The notes: a model not told the origin generated them from the sequence alone. A stretch of 64,000 bases of DNA from Chloroflexota bacterium (GCA_026709625.1 JAPOSR010000044.1:186-64185); one strand, 5' to 3'. Shown: positions 45,797-55,858, numbered from the stretch's first letter. Made by a program: numbers and translations.

Positions 45797-47662
45797 TCAG
45801 GCATACCAGTTTTCGCGCGTTTTGTTGGCTTCGTAGTCTTCGCGGGCGGCGCGGACGGCAGCCATCTCGCTGACTTCCGCCACCGGCACATCCCACCAGG
45901 CGCCATAGCCGGGCACCCGTTGCCGGCGGTCGACTTCGGTGATGATGCAAACCGGACCGCCTTGTATGGTCTTTGCCTTTTCGATCGCCGCCGCCAACTC
46001 TGCCCGGTCGCGGGCGCGGATAACATGCGCGCCCAGGCTCTCGCAATTTTTGGCGAAGTCGATGGGCAGGGTCTCGCCATCCAGCTGGCCGCTTTCGCTG
46101 CGATAGCGAAACTTCGTGCCAAATCCGTCGCTGCCGACCGCCTTGGATAGCGCGCCGATGCTGGCGTGTCCGTGGTTGTCCAGCACAAGGATGTTGACCT
46201 TGATGCCCTCTTGCACCATGGTCACGATCTCGGTGTGCATCATGAGGAAGCTGCCATCGCCGACCATCACCCAGACTTCATGATCGGGGTCGGCCAGTTT
46301 CACGCCCAGCCCGCCGGCGATCTCGTAGCCCATGGTCGAATAGCCATATTCCAGGTGATAGCCTTTGGGGTTGCGCGTTCGCCAGAGCTTGTGCAGGTCG
46401 CCGGGCATGCTGCCAGCCGCGCAGAGCACCGTGTCGCCAGCCGCCGACAGGCTGTTGACTATGCCGATGACCTCGCCCTGGCTGAGCATGGGTTCGTGCT
46501 CCAGGTTGTAGATGCGATGGACTTCGGCATCCCAAGCCTGGTTGAGCCCCTGCACGCGGGCGCGATAATCGGCGGCCACGCCATAATCCTCCAGCAGCGG
46601 CAGCAGTTCTTCCAGCGTGGCGCGGGCATCGCCCACCAGCGGCAGGGCATTGTGCTTGTGGGCGTCAAATTCAGCGACATTGATGTTGATGAAGCGCAGA
46701 TTTTCGTTGGCAAAGGCCGTCTTGGAGGCGTTGGTGAAGTCGCTGTAGCGCGTGCCAATGCCGATGACGAGGTCGGCTTCGGCGGCGATTTGGATGGCGC
46801 CTTCGGTGCCGGTTACGCCGGTCGCGCCCAGGTTGAGCGGGTTGTCATAGAGCAGCGAGCCCTTGCCAGCCTGCGTCTCGGCGACCGGGATGCCGGTGCG
46901 GGCGATGAAGCTTTCCAGCGCGGCATGGGCATCGCTGTAATGGACGCCACCCCCCGCGATGATGATGGGCTGCTGACTGCTGCGGATCCAGTCGGCGGCG
47001 CGCAGCAGCGCCCCTTGGTCGGGACGGTTGCGCGGGATATGCCAGACGCGCTTCTCGAAGAGGCTGCTGGGATACTCGTAGGCTTCGGCTTGCACATCCT
47101 GCGGCAGGCTGAGCGTCACCGCGCCGGTATCGGCCGGCGAAGTCAACACGCGCATGGCTGCGGGCAGAGCCGCGACCAACTGCTCGGGGCGGCTGATGCG
47201 GTCCCAATAACGCGAGACCGGCTTGAAGCAGTCGTTGACGCTGATATCTTGCGTGCGCTCGCTTTCGAGCTGCTGCAAGACAGGCGCCTGGATGCGCTCG
47301 GCGAATATGTCGCCCGGCAGGATCAACACGGGGATGCGGTTGACAGTGGCGACAGCCGCGCCCGTCAACATATTGGTCGCGCCCGGACCAATGGACGAAG
47401 CGCAGGCGAAAGTGGCCAAGCGGTTGCGCTGCTTGGCAAAAGCGACTGAAGCCAGCACCTGCGCCTGCTCGTTGCGAGATTGATAATAGCGGAAGCTGGG
47501 CGCGTATTGTTCGAGCGCCTGCCCGACTCCCGCGACATTGCCATGCCCAAAGATGCCCCACATGCCAGCGAAGAAGGGATTCTGCGCGCCATCACGCTCG
47601 ACATGCTGGCAGGCGAGGTAGCGGACGAGGGCTTGCGCCATGGTGAGGCGGGTGGTTTTCAT
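45797..47662 (-). CDS. iolD: 3D-(3,5/4)-trihydroxycyclohexane-1,2-dione acylhydrolase (ThDP-dependent)
   Basis: MKTTRLTMAQALVRYL..FGHGNVAGVGQALEQ..KPVSRYWDRISRPEQL aligns closely with Bacillus IolD as I recall it. Confidence 0.85.
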   Translation of the reverse strand: MKTTRLTMAQALVRYLACQHVERDGAQNPFFAGMWGIFGHGNVAGVGQALEQYAPSFRYYQSRNEQAQVLASVAFAKQRNRLATFACASSIGPGATNMLTGAAVATVNRIPVLILPGDIFAERIQAPVLQQLESERTQDISVNDCFKPVSRYWDRISRPEQLVAALPAAMRVLTSPADTGAVTLSLPQDVQAEAYEYPSSLFEKRVWHIPRNRPDQGALLRAADWIRSSQQPIIIAGGGVHYSDAHAALESFIARTGIPVAETQAGKGSLLYDNPLNLGATGVTGTEGAIQIAAEADLVIGIGTRYSDFTNASKTAFANENLRFININVAEFDAHKHNALPLVGDARATLEELLPLLEDYGVAADYRARVQGLNQAWDAEVHRIYNLEHEPMLSQGEVIGIVNSLSAAGDTVLCAAGSMPGDLHKLWRTRNPKGYHLEYGYSTMGYEIAGGLGVKLADPDHEVWVMVGDGSFLMMHTEIVTMVQEGIKVNILVLDNHGHASIGALSKAVGSDGFGTKFRYRSESGQLDGETLPIDFAKNCESLGAHVIRARDRAELAAAIEKAKTIQGGPVCIITEVDRRQRVPGYGAWWDVPVAEVSEMAAVRAAREDYEANKTRENWYA

Positions 47663-47682
47663 GCGGGTGTCCTTTCAGGCAC

Positions 47683-48570
47683 TCAGTCTCTAATAATACG
47701 AAACGGCGCGTTAACTGCTTCCCAAGCTCGAACCTCATCAAACAACGATGTCTGAACAAAGTAATCAAATTCGTAAGCTGTTCGCAGACTAGCCGACAGT
47801 GTTGTACTAGCAAGCGCTAGGCGAGTGGTATCCCTCAAGGGTACGCCAAATTCGCGCTCGAATAGAGATGGAAAAATTAGTGCAATGATATAAACAGCGT
47901 CATGTCCGTTACATAGCTTTATGCTGCCATTAGGAAATTTATTTCGAAGCGCCTTCACTTCTGCAATTAGCCGGTCACTCTGCAACTCTCGTATGTTTTC
48001 GCAAAGTCGCCTAGCTGCCCAGCTTCTGTCAAACTCCAGAGTCTCCACATCAATAACATCCTTGAGATTAAACTCCTTGAAGTTGATGCCATAATTGTGT
48101 TTAGCGTTGAGACAGCGAAAGAGTCCTATCTCCTCAGCCAATTTTAGAGCTTCATGTCTTAGTTTTTCTGCAAACGCATGTACTTCTTCAATCTCCACTT
48201 GTGTTAAATGATTTCGTAATATCTTCGCCAGTGCTGGCGAGTCAAGCAACATGATTTCACTATCTGGGCATGTATTATCGTATAATAAATTCTGTCTATC
48301 CAGCTCATCTGATCGGAGAATAAGATTATAGTCCGCATCCACAATTGCGGCCAAACCTCGAATATCGCGGAACATAGATGAATCGAGCAAAGATAACAGA
48401 TTCTGTTTTCCGTTTACTCGTTCCAATCTGCAATTGTTTTCAACTGTGAAATCCCACCATAGAGCTTCATCAGTACGACCTTCTACTAGAACAAATGCTA
48501 GCGCTTTGTTCCGCATTCGAGACATGAAGATCAGATTGAATAAGTAATGTGGAGTCTTTCTCGGACCCAT
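47683..48570 (-). CDS. DUF4435/TOPRIM-like protein, AriB-like partner of the upstream ATPase
   Basis: N-terminal ..ALAFVLVEGRTDEALWWDF.. then AAIVDADYN (acidic TOPRIM-type motifs). AT-rich. The Met at 48570 abuts the ATPase stop (48573). Confidence 0.65.
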   Translation of the reverse strand: MGPRKTPHYLFNLIFMSRMRNKALAFVLVEGRTDEALWWDFTVENNCRLERVNGKQNLLSLLDSSMFRDIRGLAAIVDADYNLILRSDELDRQNLLYDNTCPDSEIMLLDSPALAKILRNHLTQVEIEEVHAFAEKLRHEALKLAEEIGLFRCLNAKHNYGINFKEFNLKDVIDVETLEFDRSWAARRLCENIRELQSDRLIAEVKALRNKFPNGSIKLCNGHDAVYIIALIFPSLFEREFGVPLRDTTRLALASTTLSASLRTAYEFDYFVQTSLFDEVRAWEAVNAPFRIIRD

Positions 48571-48572
48571 TC

Positions 48573-49949
48573 CTAGCACACACCTTCTGGGTACCGAAGC
48601 CCTACTACCCACTCCCATTTGTCGTCGACCAACGTGGGCGAATGAGTAGCGATAAGGAGGTCGAAATGTCTAAATGCAATAACATCTCTTAGGTCGTCCA
48701 GGAATCTTTCCTGCCAATCGACGTGCAGCGAAAGTTCGGGCTCGTCAATCATTATTAGAGAATTATGCTCAACATGAAACAGCAGTTGATAGATCAGAAT
48801 TAGTTCATGCTGCTCTCCGGAGGATAAACTGGTCTTTGGTATCTCATTACCTTTGTTGTCCTTAAATATAAAACCCTTACGCTTGTCGATCTCAAGTGTC
48901 TTGCACATGAATCGATTATTGATGATGGCTATGAGAATTTCGAGTTGGCGGGATATTGCGTCGACCTTTGAGAGTTTCGCTTCTATGTCTTGCACATAGA
49001 TTGATAGTACATCTGTGAGATTATTCTGCGTAGTGTCGTCCAGCTTTGGAATCTCAGGAACATCCTTATCTTCAAATAATCCAAGCTTAATTAGCTTTGC
49101 CGTCTTCTTCTCAAGTTCGTCAAGTTTCTCCTGCAGATTATCTTGAGCAATTAGCTCTGTTCCATCTGATTCAATTAATCGTTTTGGAAAGCTACGATCA
49201 CGTATTTGCGATTCTTGTCCGTATTCGGCCATCGCGTTACCGATTTCTTTGGCAATTTCCTCAGAATATCTTACGACCGTTGCTTTTGGCGCTGACGAAG
49301 CTCGTCTCCTGCGCGATGACAGATAAGCAGAAAAGCCTAACGGTCGAGTGGGTTCGGGATCCTGAAGCCTTTGCGCCTGAATTAAACGAGTCCGGGTACT
49401 CCTCTTTATATCCTTCATCCACTTAGGTTCATTGTAGAGATATACCTGAAAGTCATATGCCGCTATGACTTCTTCAATGGTCAATACATCTCCGGTTAGG
49501 ATATTCTCCCATCTTGTACTTCCTATGGATGACAGCTCTGGCTTTGACTCTGCCAGTTCTCTGACGCGCGCCAATCCCTGGCGAGTGGGTTTGGGGTTGT
49601 AAGTTTGCTCATTTGAACCATTGCTATCGAAATATCGAAGCACCAGAGACTCTTCAATTGGATCACTGTCTCGATCTCCCTCTGCTGCATCCCTTGTTTC
49701 TAATTCGGTATAGTTTCCTTCAATACAAACTCGCTCCCCACTTGATAATTCAACGCTAAACGACCCAAAGGGTATGCTCAAGAACACTCCGTAATTTGAC
49801 GTAAACAAACCATTGATCATCTTCATCAGAACGGTCTTGCCGATTCCATTTGGTCCATGAATGATTGATATCCGAGAGTCCTGATTCAGTCGAATCTCAT
49901 GGTCAAACATGTCAAACAACTTCGTTACTGTAACACTACGGATGCGCAT
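48573..49949 (-). CDS. ABC/SMC-like AAA ATPase (AAA_15/AAA_21 type), AriA-like
   Basis: Walker A IHGPNGIGKT, ~280-aa helical insert, signature LSSGEQ, Walker B LIMIDEPELSLH, H-loop IATHSP. AT-rich. Confidence 0.8.
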   Translation of the reverse strand: MRIRSVTVTKLFDMFDHEIRLNQDSRISIIHGPNGIGKTVLMKMINGLFTSNYGVFLSIPFGSFSVELSSGERVCIEGNYTELETRDAAEGDRDSDPIEESLVLRYFDSNGSNEQTYNPKPTRQGLARVRELAESKPELSSIGSTRWENILTGDVLTIEEVIAAYDFQVYLYNEPKWMKDIKRSTRTRLIQAQRLQDPEPTRPLGFSAYLSSRRRRASSAPKATVVRYSEEIAKEIGNAMAEYGQESQIRDRSFPKRLIESDGTELIAQDNLQEKLDELEKKTAKLIKLGLFEDKDVPEIPKLDDTTQNNLTDVLSIYVQDIEAKLSKVDAISRQLEILIAIINNRFMCKTLEIDKRKGFIFKDNKGNEIPKTSLSSGEQHELILIYQLLFHVEHNSLIMIDEPELSLHVDWQERFLDDLRDVIAFRHFDLLIATHSPTLVDDKWEWVVGLRYPEGVC

Positions 49950-50000
49950 GAATCGCTACCCTCAAACTATTCCCTTCAGTATGCCATTCATTGTACCACA

Positions 50001-50882
50001 TTACCCCTCCATCCCATGATGCACAATCGGCAGGCGCGGGTCCACGAATGTCCATGTGCCTTTCACCCAGGCGTAGGCTGGATCATCGCTGTTGGCCAGT
50101 GACTGCGCGCTGCCCGCCAAGAAGTTCAGGTAATAGGTCGTGTAGCCATGCGCGCTGACGACCGGGTGATAACCCTCGGGCACGAGCACGCTGTCATGCT
50201 GCCCGGCCATCATCAAGCCATCGATGCTGCGGTCGTCATTGTAGACGCGCTGAACCGCATAGCCGCCGGGATGGTTGAGCTTGTAGAAATAAATCTCTTC
50301 CAGGTCGGCTTCCAGCAAGTTGCCCGCGTCATCTTCGACATGAACATCGTGTTTGTGCGGCGGATAGCTCGACCAATTGCCGCTGGGCGTATACACCTCC
50401 ACCGCCACGATGCGATGACAATTGAAGCCGGGCGGGAGGATGCCGTTGATCTGCCGCGAGGCATTGCCGCCGCCGCGCAGCTCGATCGCGCACATATCGG
50501 GCGTCACCAACTGCGTGGGGAAGTCTTGGTCGGTGGGCACCCAGCACTGGGCGAACTCGAGCCATTCGCTGGTGGCTTTGATTTCATAGTCCTTTCCGCG
50601 AGACAGGTAGAGCGCATAGGGCATGCCATCAAAGACATCGCGCCGCCGCCCGACATTGAAAAAGTCGCCATCGCTCGTGCGGATATCGCATGTGCCGCCG
50701 AGGATGACGAAGGCATTTTCACAGCCCAAAGTGTTGTGGCTCTGGCTTCGTCCACGCCGCAGTCGCCGCGCCCGAAAGTTTAGGTATTCCCAGCCGGCTT
50801 GCGCAGCGCTGACCTCGGCGAATACCCCGCTGCCGCCGCTGTCTTTGGATTTGATGAGCATGGTCTCGGCTGTATAGTTCAT
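50001..50882 (-). CDS. iolB: 5-deoxy-glucuronate isomerase
   Basis: VEVYTPSGNWSSYPPHKHD..QRVYNDDRSID..VPEGYHPVVSAHGYTTYYLNFLAG closely matches Bacillus IolB as recalled. Confidence 0.85.
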   Translation of the reverse strand: MNYTAETMLIKSKDSGGSGVFAEVSAAQAGWEYLNFRARRLRRGRSQSHNTLGCENAFVILGGTCDIRTSDGDFFNVGRRRDVFDGMPYALYLSRGKDYEIKATSEWLEFAQCWVPTDQDFPTQLVTPDMCAIELRGGGNASRQINGILPPGFNCHRIVAVEVYTPSGNWSSYPPHKHDVHVEDDAGNLLEADLEEIYFYKLNHPGGYAVQRVYNDDRSIDGLMMAGQHDSVLVPEGYHPVVSAHGYTTYYLNFLAGSAQSLANSDDPAYAWVKGTWTFVDPRLPIVHHGMEG

Positions 50883-51394
50883 GGCTTGTCTCCATCTTCG
50901 GCTCGCATGCGCCGAGCATAGCTTTGCAGTTGGTCAAAATGGTCGGCGTAATGCGCGAAAGTGTTGCCCGCCAGAAAGTAGAGCAAGGGCATATCGCGGA
51001 TATTGCAGACTGTGGCATCGTTGATTTCTTCGTCGCTCAGGCGCAGCAGCAGGTCTTCTAGCGGCTTCCAGCTCGCGTTAAAGGATGCCAGCACAGTCGC
51101 CAGCGGCAGGTCGTGGTTGTCGGCGAAGATGCGCGCATTCAGTTCGTCGGGCGTTTCGGTGCGCGTGAGCAGCTCGCCACTGAGCGCGCGCGACACCCAG
51201 TTGGTCGCAGACTGTTCCCACCAGGTGATATGAGCGACCAGGTCTTTGACCGACCAGCCAGGCTGGGGACCAGGACGCCGCGTCATCTGCTCAGGAGTAA
51301 GCCCCTGCCACAGGGCGGCCAGGGCGGCGCGTTCCGCCTGCGCGCGAGCCAGCAGGTCGCCCGCTGTCATATAGGTGATCCAATCTTCCGACAT
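50879..51394 (-). CDS. DinB-like / ClbS-DfsB-like four-helix-bundle protein
   Basis: ..GWSVKDLVAHITWWEQ.. and a C-terminal ..FAHYADHFDQL.. His pattern. 4-nt overlap with the iolB start. Confidence 0.55.
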   Translation of the reverse strand: MSEDWITYMTAGDLLARAQAERAALAALWQGLTPEQMTRRPGPQPGWSVKDLVAHITWWEQSATNWVSRALSGELLTRTETPDELNARIFADNHDLPLATVLASFNASWKPLEDLLLRLSDEEINDATVCNIRDMPLLYFLAGNTFAHYADHFDQLQSYARRMRAEDGDKP

Positions 51395-51474
51395 AGCCCG
51401 CTCTTGTCACAAGGCAACTGCGCCGATTGTAGCACACGCTGAAGCAAAGGCCGGCGTGCGGCGGACAAAAGAAA

Positions 51475-52530
51475 TTAGCTGCCGACCTGCAGGATGACCT
51501 TGTTGACGCCCGGCGCATAGGCGGCGTTGCGGGCATACGCGTCGGCCGTCTGCGCCAGCGGAAAGCGGTGCGAAACCAGTTCGTCCAGCGCGACCTTGCC
51601 CGAAGCCGCCAGTTGAATCGCGCGCGGGTAGGTGTGCTTCATGCGCCGCGACATCATGATGGTCAGTCCCTTGCGGCGCGCGGCAGAATGCTGGATGCGC
51701 AGCTTGTCATCGGGCGGGATGCCAACCAGCACCAGCCGCCCGCCATAGCGCGCCATAGCGACCGCTTGCTGCACGGACTGGTCTGCCCAAGCCGCTTCGA
51801 TCGCCACATCAACGCCGCGTCCGCGCGTCAGCTCAGCCACCGCCGCAACGGCATCAACCTCATCGACATTGAGCGTATGCCCAGCGCCCCAAGCCCGCGC
51901 CTTTTGCAAGCGCCAGCCGAACTTGTCGCTGACGATGACGGAATCTGCGCCAGCCAACACAGCCAGGCGGGCGATCAACAAGCCGACCGGCCCCGCGCCC
52001 AGCACAGCCACACTGTGACCGATGCGCAGCTTCGCCAGGTCTAGCGCGTGAATGGCAACGCCCAAGGTCTCCAACAGCGGACCGCTGGCGTCGCTGAGGC
52101 TGTCAGGCATGGGGAAGCAGTTGCGCGCGCTGACGGTCATATAGTCGCGCAAGGCACCATCTTCAGGGTACAGCCCATAAAAACTGTGGTGGGGGCACAG
52201 GTTGGGATGCCCTTGTTCGCAAAGTTCGCAGCGCCAGCAGGGCACAGCAGGATCGACCGCCACACGCTGTCCGACTTGCAGCGGCTCGTGCAAGCCATCC
52301 AGCGCCTCGTCGCCCAGCGCATCGACCACGCCCATGAATTCGTGCCCAAGGACGAAGGGCGAGCTGGCATTGGTATAGCCGATGCGACCCGTCTCATAGA
52401 GGTGCAGGTCGCTGCCACACAGCCCGACTGTGCCGACATGCAAGCGCACTTCACCGCGGGCTGGGCGAAGTGGCGGCGGCTCGTCAGCGATGCGGATGTC
52501 TCTAGGTCCGTACAGGCGCGCGACTTGCAT
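51475..52530 (-). CDS. Zinc-dependent medium-chain alcohol/polyol dehydrogenase
   Basis: GLCGSDLHLY.., LGHEFMGVV, structural-Zn cysteines CWRCELCEQGHPNLC, Rossmann VAVLGAGPVGL. Confidence 0.85.
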   Translation of the reverse strand: MQVARLYGPRDIRIADEPPPLRPARGEVRLHVGTVGLCGSDLHLYETGRIGYTNASSPFVLGHEFMGVVDALGDEALDGLHEPLQVGQRVAVDPAVPCWRCELCEQGHPNLCPHHSFYGLYPEDGALRDYMTVSARNCFPMPDSLSDASGPLLETLGVAIHALDLAKLRIGHSVAVLGAGPVGLLIARLAVLAGADSVIVSDKFGWRLQKARAWGAGHTLNVDEVDAVAAVAELTRGRGVDVAIEAAWADQSVQQAVAMARYGGRLVLVGIPPDDKLRIQHSAARRKGLTIMMSRRMKHTYPRAIQLAASGKVALDELVSHRFPLAQTADAYARNAAYAPGVNKVILQVGS

Positions 52531-52766
52531 GGCGCAGCCTTTCTGCTTGTGGGCGGCTCCGCCAGTCTAGCGATATCGCCCACGCAATTCAATGCGACAG
52601 CCAGGTAGCGAAGATTGTTGCCGGGCGAGGCGCTAACTCGCCAGCAAATCTGAAGCCCTTTGTGCAAATTGCATGAGTTGCTGCGGATTTTCTTTGCGAA
52701 AAGCGTATACAGATTCATCCTCGCAGGTCTCGCTTAGCGGTTTCTAGCCACAATGGAGGTAATCTT

Positions 52767-53342
52767 GTGAAAACGCTGTTGGCGATCCTATCGGTATGCA
52801 TCCTTGCGCTTTCGGGAGGCATCCCCGTTTTTGGGGATGACATTTCTGAATGGGACGCTGCGTTGGAAGCCCTTGGTTTTCAACGGGTATCGAGCAGTTC
52901 TGTCCCCAGTAAGATTCAGGCTTCGTCCAGTTTGTGGCCCAGTACGCTGGGAGAAATCTTATCGCTCATTGAGTCAAGATCATCTACCGCATCCCAGCAA
53001 GTCAGTGGCGCTACATTGTACTCGGCAAACCGTAGCTATGAATGCGCTAAGTTGGTGGGTGGTCTCGGGCACGGGTGGTTCAGGCATTACGTTGACGGTG
53101 TCATAGACAGACGCCACGGCAAGCAGATTTTCGCTAGCTCAAGCAACAACCGCTGGGCTCATACGGGTCTTACATTGGGTACGCAGTTATCCAACGTAAG
53201 TACAAGTAGCCGTATCTCCTCAGACGCGCGAACACTGACAATGCGAAGTTCTTGGGTAGTATCCGTCTATGTGCCGACGCCTTGGGGAGATTACTACTTT
53301 CATTCGGAGTCCGTGAGCAACAGATGCTCCAAGAGCCCATGA
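52767..53342 (+). CDS. Secreted hypothetical protein (cassette copy 1)
   Basis: GTG start with a GGAGG RBS. Signal peptide MKTLLAILSVCILALSGG. Ser-rich 190-aa body with no motif I recognise. Lower GC than the flanks. Confidence 0.5.
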   Translation: MKTLLAILSVCILALSGGIPVFGDDISEWDAALEALGFQRVSSSSVPSKIQASSSLWPSTLGEILSLIESRSSTASQQVSGATLYSANRSYECAKLVGGLGHGWFRHYVDGVIDRRHGKQIFASSSNNRWAHTGLTLGTQLSNVSTSSRISSDARTLTMRSSWVVSVYVPTPWGDYYFHSESVSNRCSKSP

Positions 53343-53566
53343 TGCTGGGAATCGAACAGTTGGGGATCAACCCCACTCACATGGCGCTCACCGCGCTCTG
53401 GATCGCGTCCTATTGCTTTGCTGTTGCCTGGTTGATTCGCTGCGCGCGAGCCGGCCTTGTCAAGCGGACTTGGCTATGGGGACTTGTCATTTTGTTTGTC
53501 CCAGCGGGTCAATTCGCCACGATGCTTTGGCTTTTTTCTATGAGTCAGAAAGCCAAAGCGAAGTAA
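53339..53566 (+). CDS. Small two-helix membrane protein (PLDc_N-like W..LVILFVP motif)
   Basis: ATGA overlap with the upstream stop. MMLGIEQLG..ALTALWIASYCFAVAWLI..TWLWGLVILFVPAGQFATMLWLF..KAKAK. Confidence 0.45.
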   Translation: MMLGIEQLGINPTHMALTALWIASYCFAVAWLIRCARAGLVKRTWLWGLVILFVPAGQFATMLWLFSMSQKAKAK

Positions 53567-53788
53567 CGACCAGACGCAAAGTCAACTCAAGCCCCCTGCC
53601 CAGCTTGGCGGGGACCTCACAGCATCGGGAAACAAGCGGGAATTTGTGCATAATGCATGAATATACTTTGAATATCTATGTTTGTGTATCACAATAAATA
53701 TCGTTGTGGCTGAGGGAAAAGGAGGAATAAGAGTAGCAGTTTGCGACATGCGCGTTTCGCGGTTTAATTCCACTATGGAGGCAATCTC

Positions 53789-54388
53789 GTGAAGACGCTG
53801 TTGGCATTTATCCTGACGATCGTAGTTGCATCTGTTGGTGTTTCTCCTAACTTTGGGGAGAGGTACAGAGAGCCAAGCACTTTCTGCTCAAGAAATGACG
53901 ATTTTGTCTTCGATGGGCTTTCAGCCTGCCTCTGCTAGAGATCATGCCGAAGCTACCGCCGCCGGAATATCATTTTTGCAAGTAAACAGTATAGCGGGAG
54001 CGGCTGCCGTACTTAATCAGTCGCAGAGCGCTTACTCACCAATTGCGCAGCAAACCATAGCAAAAGCTTCCATCGGCAGTTATCAGACATGGGAGTCGTG
54101 TACCAGAAATGCTTGGACATGGTGGGTCAACGCCGAGGCGCGTGTAACCATAAAACCCAAGGAAGTGATAAGAGGTACGGCGCTGTCCATGAAAAGAGAT
54201 TAACATTAGCTGGGTTTCACCCCGCAACTTGGCTTCATAACCCAAGCCTGTGGACAGAACATCGTAATCACCATCGTGTCCCGCGGCTAAACAATCGTAC
54301 ATATGTGAAAGTGGGGATCGTCATTGCAGGGAACGAGTTGGTATACACCTATGGGCATGTCAGTTGGTCCTGCGACTTCACCGCATAA
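53789..54388 (+). pseudogene. Divergent paralog of 52767-53342 broken by two frameshifts (cassette copy 2)
   Basis: Same RBS and leader (GTGAAgACGCTGTTGGC; MKTLLAFILTIVVA). The body continues in ORF 53826-54203, then ORF 54089-54388. Total span of 600 nt compares with 576 nt in copy 1. Confidence 0.45.
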
Positions 54389-54402
54389 CTCGGGAGCTTG
54401 CT

Positions 54403-54546
54403 ATGTTCGATATACCGTTCCTCATTCTCTCAACTCTCGTCTCGGTTGGAGTGACGGCTTTCATTGTGATCAGTTTATACTACATCATCCGCTTGCTGAA
54501 AGAGCTTGTGCAGTATCTGCATAAGCTGAACAACGAAGATGACTAG
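54403..54546 (+). CDS. Small single-helix membrane protein
   Basis: MFDIPFLILSTLVSVGVTAFIVISLYYIIRLLKEL.. with GGGAG 8 nt upstream. Same position as 53339-53566 in copy 1. Confidence 0.4.
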   Translation: MFDIPFLILSTLVSVGVTAFIVISLYYIIRLLKELVQYLHKLNNEDD

Positions 54547-54602
54547 GCGAAGTCAATCCCAGCGAGCCCCTGTCAAATGCGGCGAGGGCTTAGCTTTCTC
54601 GG

Positions 54603-55802
54603 CTAGCGAATTTCTTCCGCCGCCCAGTGGTCGCCCATGGCGCGCCGCCCGGCTGCCAGCCCCGGCCCCTCGCTGACCTGGCGGACACAATCATCGCGGT
54701 CCAGCGCCGCCTCGCGCAGCGCCACGCCCAACCCGGGTCCAGCCGGCACATCGAGACAGCCAGCGCGGACGCTCGGCGACAAATCGGTCAAGGCGGGAAA
54801 GATTTCTTTGTAGAAGGCTCGCGACGACTCGACATAATATAGATTGGGGATATGCGCGCCCAGGTGCATGCAAGCCGCGTGACAGATTGGCCCCGCCACA
54901 TTGTGCAACACGAGCGGCAGGCCAAAAGTCTCGGCCAGCGCGGCGATCTTGCGCGTCTCGCCGATGCCGCCATTCCATACCGCATCGGTCATCACGATCT
55001 GCGACACATGTTTTTCCAGCCATTCGCGCAGCTGCCAGCGCGTCATCAGCAGCTCCGAGCCGACGATGGGAATGTTGATTGACTGCGACAGCGCCTTGAT
55101 CTCGTCGGGATAGACTGGCGACATAACATCTTCCAGGAAGAGGATGTCGAAGGGCTCCAGCGCACGGGCGATGCGCTCCATGCAAGCGCGATTCCAGCGA
55201 AAATGAAACTCCAGCCCGATTTCCATATCTGCGCCGACCGCCGCGCGGATTTGTTTGATGGGCAGCAGGCCGCGTTCGATCTCGGCGCTGCTGATGCGCT
55301 GTCCAAAGCTGTCCTCGCTGAATAGGTCGAAGGGCCAAATCTTCATCGCGCTGATTCCGTCCGCCAGCAAGCTCTTCGCCAGCGCGCCGGCATCATCGTG
55401 CCAGGCTTCATAGTCGCGAACAGCGCCAAAGCTGAGGCAGGTGTTGTAGGTAGGGATTCGCTCGCGAGTCTTGCCGCCCAGCAGATGAAAAAGCGGCGCG
55501 CCATATTGCTTGCCCATGATGTCCCACAGCGCCACTTCGAAGGCAGAAAGCGCGCGCGTCTCTGCCCCCGCATAGCCGTGATACATGATGTTATCCATGA
55601 TGAAGCGCCACAAGCCTTCAATATCCAGCGGGTCTTGCCCGAGCGCGAGCGGCGCGATGGTGCCATGCAAAGCGGCTTTGGCAGCGGGGATTTTGTCGAC
55701 TGTCTCGCCCAAGCCAACGATGCCGCTGTCGGTGTGTACGCGGACGACCAGCAAACGCGGATATTCGCGCCATTGCAGGGTTTCGATAGCTGTGATTTTC
55801 AT
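54603..55802 (-). CDS. Enolase-superfamily sugar-acid dehydratase (D-galactonate/L-fuconate dehydratase-like)
   Basis: MKITAIETL.., GLGET.., [30 protein letters not shown]. Start at 55802. Confidence 0.85.
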   Translation of the reverse strand: MKITAIETLQWREYPRLLVVRVHTDSGIVGLGETVDKIPAAKAALHGTIAPLALGQDPLDIEGLWRFIMDNIMYHGYAGAETRALSAFEVALWDIMGKQYGAPLFHLLGGKTRERIPTYNTCLSFGAVRDYEAWHDDAGALAKSLLADGISAMKIWPFDLFSEDSFGQRISSAEIERGLLPIKQIRAAVGADMEIGLEFHFRWNRACMERIARALEPFDILFLEDVMSPVYPDEIKALSQSINIPIVGSELLMTRWQLREWLEKHVSQIVMTDAVWNGGIGETRKIAALAETFGLPLVLHNVAGPICHAACMHLGAHIPNLYYVESSRAFYKEIFPALTDLSPSVRAGCLDVPAGPGLGVALREAALDRDDCVRQVSEGPGLAAGRRAMGDHWAAEEIR

Positions 55803-55807
55803 GATAT

Positions 55808-55849
55808 GCCCCCACCCCAAGCCCCTCCCCCAAGATGAGGAAGGGGCTT
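55808..55849 (-). repeat. Dispersed hairpin + G-tract repeat, copy C (inverted relative to copy D)
   Basis: gcccccaccccaagcccctcccccaagatgaggaaggggctt. Hand alignment to the reverse complement of 57411-57452 gives 38 of 42 identical positions. Confidence 0.75.
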
Positions 55850-55858
55850 ATTTGCGAT

